Source: Patescibacteria group bacterium (GTDB lineage: Bacteria > Patescibacteriota > JABMPQ01 > JAHIRA01). Taken from it: 64,000 nucleotides of DNA. Both the position numbers and the translations under genes were made by a program. Below the pieces are notes generated by a model, which saw nothing but the letters and a program-made list of their open reading frames with translations, made no database searches and was not told the origin of the DNA. Below, piece after piece: positions 58,315 to 64,000 of this stretch. Each line of letters starts with the position of its first letter. Position 1 is the stretch's first letter. The stretch covers positions 29,994 through 93,993 of the forward strand of contig JAHISJ010000026.1 in NCBI GenBank assembly GCA_018818205.1, in the 5' to 3' direction.

Positions 58315-58542
58315 ATAAGGTTGATAACATATAGTACTAAGGAACTGAACACAATATAGTATCACAGTTTTTCTATATGTCATAGTACTTTATTTTAAGG
58401 GTAAATGTCAACTATTTTTTGAGAAATAGTTGGAACATTTTTTTGTACACAACAACTCACCACTTAATGCGTACTATTTTTACCATCACTACTTGATTGT
58501 TTCTGTTGTTCACAGTATAATCCAAAGTGTAAACTTCACCAC

Positions 58543-60693
58543 ATGGTTCATATTGTAAACAAAAAGTTAATACTCGGTGAACAAAAAAACACGAAGGCTT
58601 TTTCTACGTGTCTTGAACTTACTGAATCGAGTCTTGAGAAGAGGCTTGGCCTTTCGTACCTTATTTTGGAAGCGCATGTTGAACCTGAGACTGCAGAAAA
58701 AATAACCGACATTCTAAGGGACGTGTTCCAAAACGAGTATTACAAGAAGGATTCCCATGCAAACACAATAGGCAACGTATCCATTGGGTCAATGTTTGAG
58801 CATGCAATTTCCAGGGTCAATAAAGCCCTACACGCTCTCCTCGCAGAAGGCTACCTAAAAGCTGATACTACATTAAATGCATGTATTATCGGAATAAAGA
58901 ATACAGAGATACACTTGGTGTCTACCGGAAAGGCAAAAGCATATCTGATCAGAAATGACTCAATGCTTGAACTCACAGAAGAAGATACAAAGATGTCAGG
59001 TAAAAAATATTTTTCGCATATTATTAGTGGTGCTGTAGAAATTGGTGACGTTTTGTTCTTTTCTACGCCAGAATTTTTGAATTTTGTTTCTACGGAAAAA
59101 ATAAAACGTACGCTAAAAACAAAAACACTCGATGAAGCCAGAGAAGAGCTTAAAGAACTCATTGAAGACACTGACTTTTCTGCACCAATCGCAAGTCTGT
59201 TTCTTGAAGTAAAATCAAACATCAAGCCCGTGAGTGAAGCAAAACAAACACCTTTTCTCCCTCCAGAAAGAGAGAAACAGAAGCCATACACGTATCCATC
59301 ACTAGGTGATGATAAAGCGAGTACGAATGATTTGCCAGAGCATGAACACGCAAAAGATGGGAAAGACCCGTTGGCAGCTGCAAAAAAGTCTGCATCTATT
59401 ATCACCGCAAAGATTAAAGATACTTTTTCTCTTAAACCATCAAAAAAAAGATCTGTAGAGACAGGTTTGAAACCCGTCTCTACAGATCTCTCAACCAAAA
59501 AGTACACCGACCCTGCTACTGGCACAGAGCCTGCCTCCCCTGCCAAAAAAATTGCGAGTGGTGTTGCAAAAAAAGCAACAAGCTTTCTCCCAGACAGAAA
59601 CAAACAAAAAACGTATATTTTTCTGGCGATTGTTCTGATCATCATATTTCTTGTAGCAGTTACATACTTTATATTTGCAAGAAAAGAAAAGAGTCAGACT
59701 GAAATTCAAACAAACTATATTTCTGAAATTCAAGAAAAAGAAAAAAAGGCTGCCGACGCAATTATCTACAGAGATTATGACCAAGCAGAAAAACTCTTAA
59801 ACGACGCAACTGAAATAATCAACACTCAGTTAGACGAAGAACAAAAAATATCGAGTGAAATCAAATCACTCGAATCAAAAATCAGTGAACACTACGACAC
59901 TGTTAATAGAATCCAGAGAATAACACCGGAAAAGGTTGCTTCATTTGGTGGCAATGCATATGAGACACTCATGGGTTCAAAGGATACACTCTATTCCTCC
60001 TCAAACAAAGATATAGGAGTATACAGATTTATCCCCGAATCTAAAAAATTTGAAGAGTTTAGTCAGAAGGTTGAAGGCATAACTAAACTTGCGCTTGGAA
60101 CGTTTAATGACCAAAAAAATACGGTCGTTTTCTTGACACCAAATGGAATAGCAGAAATGGCAGTATTCTCACGGCACCTCAAAAAGCTTGCCTCTGAGTT
60201 TCCGGAAAGCAACCACAACTTCGTTGATATGGCCGTTTACTCGGATAAAATTTATCTGCTTGATACTGCGAACAATCAGATATATAGGATGGTGAGAACC
60301 GTTGATGGCTACAGCGTTGCAAAGGAATGGGTTACTGACGAATCAGTATCACTGCAAGACGCAACCTCGCTTGCAATCGACTCAAATGTCTATGTTCTCA
60401 AGAAAAACGGTACAATCCTAAAGTTTCTAAGCGGCCAAGTAGAACCATTTACTATGGATGAGCTTCAAAGTCCGCTATCAGAAGATACGGTACTCTTTAC
60501 CTCGTCTGATGTAGAAAATTTGTACATACTTGATAAAGAACATAACACAGTTATTGAGATCACTAAGAAAGGAAAGGTGGTAAACCAGTTTGTCATGTCA
60601 CTTGATTCAACGCCTAAAGACATCTATGTTGATCCTGATTCCAAGAAAATATACGTCTTGACCGAAGACGGCCTCTACACAGTATCCAAATAA
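58543..60693 (+). CDS. Membrane protein with an N-terminal PP2C-like (possibly catalytically degenerate) domain and a C-terminal extracytoplasmic beta-rich domain
   Basis: PP2C-like blocks (ACIIGIKNTEIHLVSTGKAKAYLIRNDSMLELTEED; GDVLFFSTPEFLNFV) with the canonical GDSR Asp replaced. TM TYIFLAIVLIIIFLVAVTYFIFA. Low-complexity linker carrying a strong hairpin. Confidence 0.4.
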   Translation: MVHIVNKKLILGEQKNTKAFSTCLELTESSLEKRLGLSYLILEAHVEPETAEKITDILRDVFQNEYYKKDSHANTIGNVSIGSMFEHAISRVNKALHALLAEGYLKADTTLNACIIGIKNTEIHLVSTGKAKAYLIRNDSMLELTEEDTKMSGKKYFSHIISGAVEIGDVLFFSTPEFLNFVSTEKIKRTLKTKTLDEAREELKELIEDTDFSAPIASLFLEVKSNIKPVSEAKQTPFLPPEREKQKPYTYPSLGDDKASTNDLPEHEHAKDGKDPLAAAKKSASIITAKIKDTFSLKPSKKRSVETGLKPVSTDLSTKKYTDPATGTEPASPAKKIASGVAKKATSFLPDRNKQKTYIFLAIVLIIIFLVAVTYFIFARKEKSQTEIQTNYISEIQEKEKKAADAIIYRDYDQAEKLLNDATEIINTQLDEEQKISSEIKSLESKISEHYDTVNRIQRITPEKVASFGGNAYETLMGSKDTLYSSSNKDIGVYRFIPESKKFEEFSQKVEGITKLALGTFNDQKNTVVFLTPNGIAEMAVFSRHLKKLASEFPESNHNFVDMAVYSDKIYLLDTANNQIYRMVRTVDGYSVAKEWVTDESVSLQDATSLAIDSNVYVLKKNGTILKFLSGQVEPFTMDELQSPLSEDTVLFTSSDVENLYILDKEHNTVIEITKKGKVVNQFVMSLDSTPKDIYVDPDSKKIYVLTEDGLYTVSK

Positions 60694-60747
60694 TTTTCCC
60701 GCAAAAAAAGCCGCTTATTGATAAGCGACTTTTTTGTAGTATTCGTT
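60694..60747. terminator. Bidirectional terminator between convergent genes
   Basis: AAAAAAAGCCGCTTATTGATAAGCGACTTTTTTG. Confidence 0.55.
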
Positions 60748-63700
60748 TTAGTAGATGTATCTACATGCTCTGTTTGAGATACTTGATGTGTTCCCTGCTA
60801 CATCCTTTGCTTCAATACCGAAGCAGTAGACTTTGACCGGGTCATACCCTGCATGAACCTCAATATAGTCATCGTATCCGTCGTTGTCTGAATCAGCGTT
60901 CCCAGGATTGGTACCATAAATGTATCGCTCCTCATAGTCGGTTAGCTTATCGTGGTCATAGTCATAGAGATTACTGCGGGGATTTGCATCTCTTGGATCG
61001 TATTTGTTGTCTTTTTCTACGTTATCGTTAAACGAATCACCATCAGTATCAGGATTGGTTGGATCAAGACCATGACGCTCTTCCCATTTATCAAGCAAGG
61101 TATCGTTATCTTGATCCGGTCTATATGGATACGGAAAGAGCGGAGAAAAGTTATGGTATGTCTCGGTTGCATCGTGAAAGGAATCTCCATCAGTATCTTG
61201 GTTTACCGGGCTTGATCCCCATAAAAACAGTTCCATATAGTCGGTGAGACCATCATCATCATAGTCGACTTTTCTTCCTGCAGTTCCAGAAGCATTAACG
61301 GGCATAGTGAGACTTTCTTTGGTTCCCGGTGTTCCCGGCGTAAGCGTATATTTAATACGTGTTCCCTTGTCCCAGTTACCCTCGGTCAAATAAGAATGGA
61401 GATATCTAATATCATACTCTGTTGCAGCTCCACCGCTTGTTGATGGTGCAGTCCACGTAAGTTCAACAGTGCTTGCTTTTACATTCCAATGAGCAATGGA
61501 AAGATCATTGATTTGTCCAGGCGCACCGGTTCCTGCTGCTACAACATTTGTGTACGCATCGTATCCAGAAGGAGCTGCCTCACTGTGACCAACGTTATCA
61601 AGAGCGATGCTGTAAAATTGATACAGTCCATCACCACCAACTGTCGAGGAATTAAAGCTAATCGGAGATGAAGTAAAAAGCCCATCAGCGTGTGCCGGAT
61701 CAGTGTATTTAGTAAATGAACCGGTGACTCCTTTTCTAAAGTAAAGTTCTACTCCTTTAAGTCCGCTTGGTCCGGCGGAAGCACTGTAAAAGACATCAAA
61801 GCTTGCAGTTTTTGTTGTTTCCGGAAGACTGTTTACTGAAGAAGTAAGTTGACCGCCACTTCCCAAATCAACATTTACCGTAAATGAAACGCCATCACTC
61901 TCAAGATCCATTTGGTTAGCCGTTCTCACTGATACAGAATAGGATCCAGAAGTGCCAAAACTTGAGGGAGTGATTTCATACGTGCTGCGTTCACCATTCG
62001 TATTTGTACAATTTGGTGCATTGCAATTGTAGTCGAGGTTATTGTCTTCGCCTTTTATCGCATCATCAACATACACACGCATCATTTTTCCCGCATCTGC
62101 GTTGTTAACACCGGTGATCCCGGTAATAGTAGGAGTACTTGTATTAACACTAACTGATCCTCCCTGAGTAACTTGGGTACCTTCAACAAAAACTTCTGCG
62201 GGATTGTTCTGAGGTTTTTGAATGTCAGCTCCACCATATGCGCCAATATCACCTCGTACCCCGCCTCTACCTGGTGGACGGTATTTATCTTCAAAACTAG
62301 GATTGGGTTGAGATTTATCTACAGAAGGACTGGTTCCAACACCATACCCATCAGCGAGACTTTGCAGTGCATATGCAGGCGTAAGTGCAGTTGTATTGTC
62401 TTTAAGATAAAGTGGATTAAATGAAATATCACCAGTGCCTTGGGTCCATCCGGAGTAATTTGCTCCATTGTTCCAGATGTTGTTGTACCCGGCAGTCGCC
62501 GCGGCACCGGTGGTCAAAACACCACTACCAGTATTTTTGGTTATTTGGTTTGAAGTAATGCTTACTGTAGTAAACGTTGCCGTATCAATACCATTTCCCC
62601 CATTTTGATCAATGATATTGCTTGCAATTGTCGGCGCAGATGGACACGCCGCAGCTGCTACAAGATAGCCATCATTTGTATTCTTGGTAATTAAATTATA
62701 TGTTGTAGAAACACTCGACGTACACGCAAATTCCCAAACACCGATGTTATTTGAATCAATAGCATTGCCTTTTATATCAACCGACCACCCAAGTCCTGTT
62801 TTGATTCCAGCAAGCGCATTCGAGTTAATATAGTTATCGGTTACAGTAAGTGTGCCCGTTGCAGCGGCAAGTAAAATACCGTTTTGGCCAGCATTAATGA
62901 TTCTATTGCCTATAATAGTAGCCGTTCCTCCAACCTGGAAATTGATGTTTTCGAGTGCATTGTATTGAATGGTATTTCCCGAAACATACATGCCACTTAC
63001 TGTATTGGTGCTCACATAAATGCCACTCCCCGTAAGAGGACTTGAAATATCACCAATGGTATTGTCTATAATTATTGGCGCACCACCATCAACTTCAATA
63101 CCATACGTTTGTGTTGGCCCTCTAAACGTGTTTTTAAAAACATGCGCCTGAGAAAGATGAAGAAATATTCCAGATGTGTTGTTTGAGTAAAATTCGTTAC
63201 TATAAATAATCCCTTTTGTCGAATCATGCGTTATTCCCGTTGTCGTATTTGAATAAAATCGATTATTAAATATCTGAATGCCATCTCCCGCAGAAGAACT
63301 TTGGACACCGGAATTTCCGTTGGTATGAAAAACATTACCAGAAATCACCGGAGCAGCGCCATTGTTGTTATATATACCATCTTGGCTGTTACCAGTAAAT
63401 GTACAATTTGTTATTTGAGGTGATGTTCCTGAATTATAGATTCCAAAAAATGCACCTTGAACTGTAAATCCGGAGAATAGCACATTGTCTGATCCGGTTA
63501 CCTTTTCATTATTTGGTCCAATGGATGGACCCGAGACTAAGGTAGTCCCCGCTCCCTCACCAATAACATCAACATTTGGCTTAAGAGTAAGCCGTTCTAA
63601 ATAGGTTCCTGCTTTTACATTTACCGTTCCTCCACCTTGACTCTCAACATAATTAATGGCAGCCTGAATCTCAGTGTAATCACATCCTGAAGGTTTACAC

Positions 63701-63822
63701 ACAGAGACACTGGTTGCACTCACCGTATCTTTGACCAAAGAATGGCTTCCAAAACTAACATAGAAGACCATAACTAGGGCCAGAAATAGCGCAAAAAATT
63801 TGTTTATTTTCTTTCTTGACAT
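60748..63822 (-). CDS. Large (1024 aa) secreted right-handed parallel beta-helix protein with C-terminal thrombospondin-type-3-like calcium-binding repeats
   Basis: Signal peptide MSRKKINKFFALFLALVMVFYVSFGSHS. Many NxxGxxxxxNxI-type beta-helix rungs. The C-terminal D-rich DxDxDG-like motifs (DTDGDSFHD, DTDGDSFND, DSDNDGYDD) match the TSP3 consensus. Confidence 0.6.
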   Translation of the reverse strand: MSRKKINKFFALFLALVMVFYVSFGSHSLVKDTVSATSVSVCKPSGCDYTEIQAAINYVESQGGGTVNVKAGTYLERLTLKPNVDVIGEGAGTTLVSGPSIGPNNEKVTGSDNVLFSGFTVQGAFFGIYNSGTSPQITNCTFTGNSQDGIYNNNGAAPVISGNVFHTNGNSGVQSSSAGDGIQIFNNRFYSNTTTGITHDSTKGIIYSNEFYSNNTSGIFLHLSQAHVFKNTFRGPTQTYGIEVDGGAPIIIDNTIGDISSPLTGSGIYVSTNTVSGMYVSGNTIQYNALENINFQVGGTATIIGNRIINAGQNGILLAAATGTLTVTDNYINSNALAGIKTGLGWSVDIKGNAIDSNNIGVWEFACTSSVSTTYNLITKNTNDGYLVAAAACPSAPTIASNIIDQNGGNGIDTATFTTVSITSNQITKNTGSGVLTTGAAATAGYNNIWNNGANYSGWTQGTGDISFNPLYLKDNTTALTPAYALQSLADGYGVGTSPSVDKSQPNPSFEDKYRPPGRGGVRGDIGAYGGADIQKPQNNPAEVFVEGTQVTQGGSVSVNTSTPTITGITGVNNADAGKMMRVYVDDAIKGEDNNLDYNCNAPNCTNTNGERSTYEITPSSFGTSGSYSVSVRTANQMDLESDGVSFTVNVDLGSGGQLTSSVNSLPETTKTASFDVFYSASAGPSGLKGVELYFRKGVTGSFTKYTDPAHADGLFTSSPISFNSSTVGGDGLYQFYSIALDNVGHSEAAPSGYDAYTNVVAAGTGAPGQINDLSIAHWNVKASTVELTWTAPSTSGGAATEYDIRYLHSYLTEGNWDKGTRIKYTLTPGTPGTKESLTMPVNASGTAGRKVDYDDDGLTDYMELFLWGSSPVNQDTDGDSFHDATETYHNFSPLFPYPYRPDQDNDTLLDKWEERHGLDPTNPDTDGDSFNDNVEKDNKYDPRDANPRSNLYDYDHDKLTDYEERYIYGTNPGNADSDNDGYDDYIEVHAGYDPVKVYCFGIEAKDVAGNTSSISNRACRYIY

Positions 63823-63914
63823 GCAAATTGTTGTTTGTTTTATCTAGACACTCTGTTCACTACGGTAATTATAGCAAATATTCTGTCAAGTGTCAATGTA
63901 AGCTATACACAAAA

Positions 63915-63950
63915 GGGACCCCATATAGGGTCCCTTTTACTACAATCTGG
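63915..63950 (-). terminator. Intrinsic terminator after rplL
   Basis: Minus strand reads AAAGGGACCCTATATGGGGTCCCTTTTGTG. Confidence 0.55.
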
Positions 63951-63960
63951 ATAGTGCTTA

Positions 63961-64000
63961 TTTAAGCGTAACAGTTGCGCCTGCTTCTTCAAGCTTCTTT
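63961..64000 (-). CDS. rplL: 50S ribosomal protein L7/L12, C-terminal fragment; the rest lies outside the window
   Basis: The minus strand translates to ...KKLEEAGATVTLK*, the conserved L7/L12 C-terminus. Confidence 0.55.

Overview
This is a 64-kb chromosomal window from an AT-rich (about 40% GC), gene-dense bacterium. Nearly all genes are on the minus strand. The gene content points to a small-genome, Patescibacteria/CPR-like organism: an S11 with a long N-terminal extension, giant beta-helix and Cna-B surface proteins, a VirD4-like ATPase with a sigma-70 region-4 protein, and a type-A RNase P RNA. This lineage call is inference only.

From start to end the window contains:
- recR 3' end and rplU.
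- A cell-envelope polysaccharide locus (WecA/MraY-type and WbaP-type initiating transferases, a GT2 synthase, four group-1 glycosyltransferases, a Wzz-like protein) with the RNase P RNA gene (rnpB) embedded in it.
- mreB and murA.
- The tail of the ribosomal spc/alpha operon (infA, rpmJ, rpsM, rpsK, rpoA, rplQ) fused to rplM-rpsI.
- ftsA followed by a large membrane protein rather than ftsZ.
- Two paralogous secreted proteins, then alaS and mnmA.
- A module of VirD4/TraG-like ATPase, polytopic membrane protein, sigma70-r4 protein and an 818-aa coiled-coil protein.
- A MiaB-like radical-SAM methylthiotransferase.
- A low-GC SIR2-like gene next to tRNA-Lys.
- A CIRCE-controlled hrcA-grpE-dnaK-dnaJ operon.
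- An array of small secreted/membrane-protein genes, each behind a duplicated near-consensus sigma70 promoter and separated by GC-rich hairpin spacers.
- A 1307-aa surface adhesin-like protein and tRNA-Glu.
- A dcw cluster (mraZ-rsmH-ftsL-ftsI-Mur ligase).
- A PP2C-like membrane protein, a 1024-aa beta-helix surface protein and the 3' end of rplL.

The most unusual sequence-level observations are:
- A roughly 95-bp GC-rich hairpin-bearing repeat inserted in frame into two unrelated genes (rpsK and the gene downstream of ftsA).
- The promoter/hairpin cassette array.
- The SIR2-like islet beside tRNA-Lys.

ORF coordinates follow the supplied ORF track. Coordinates of hand-located RNA and regulatory features are approximate, within about 5 nt.
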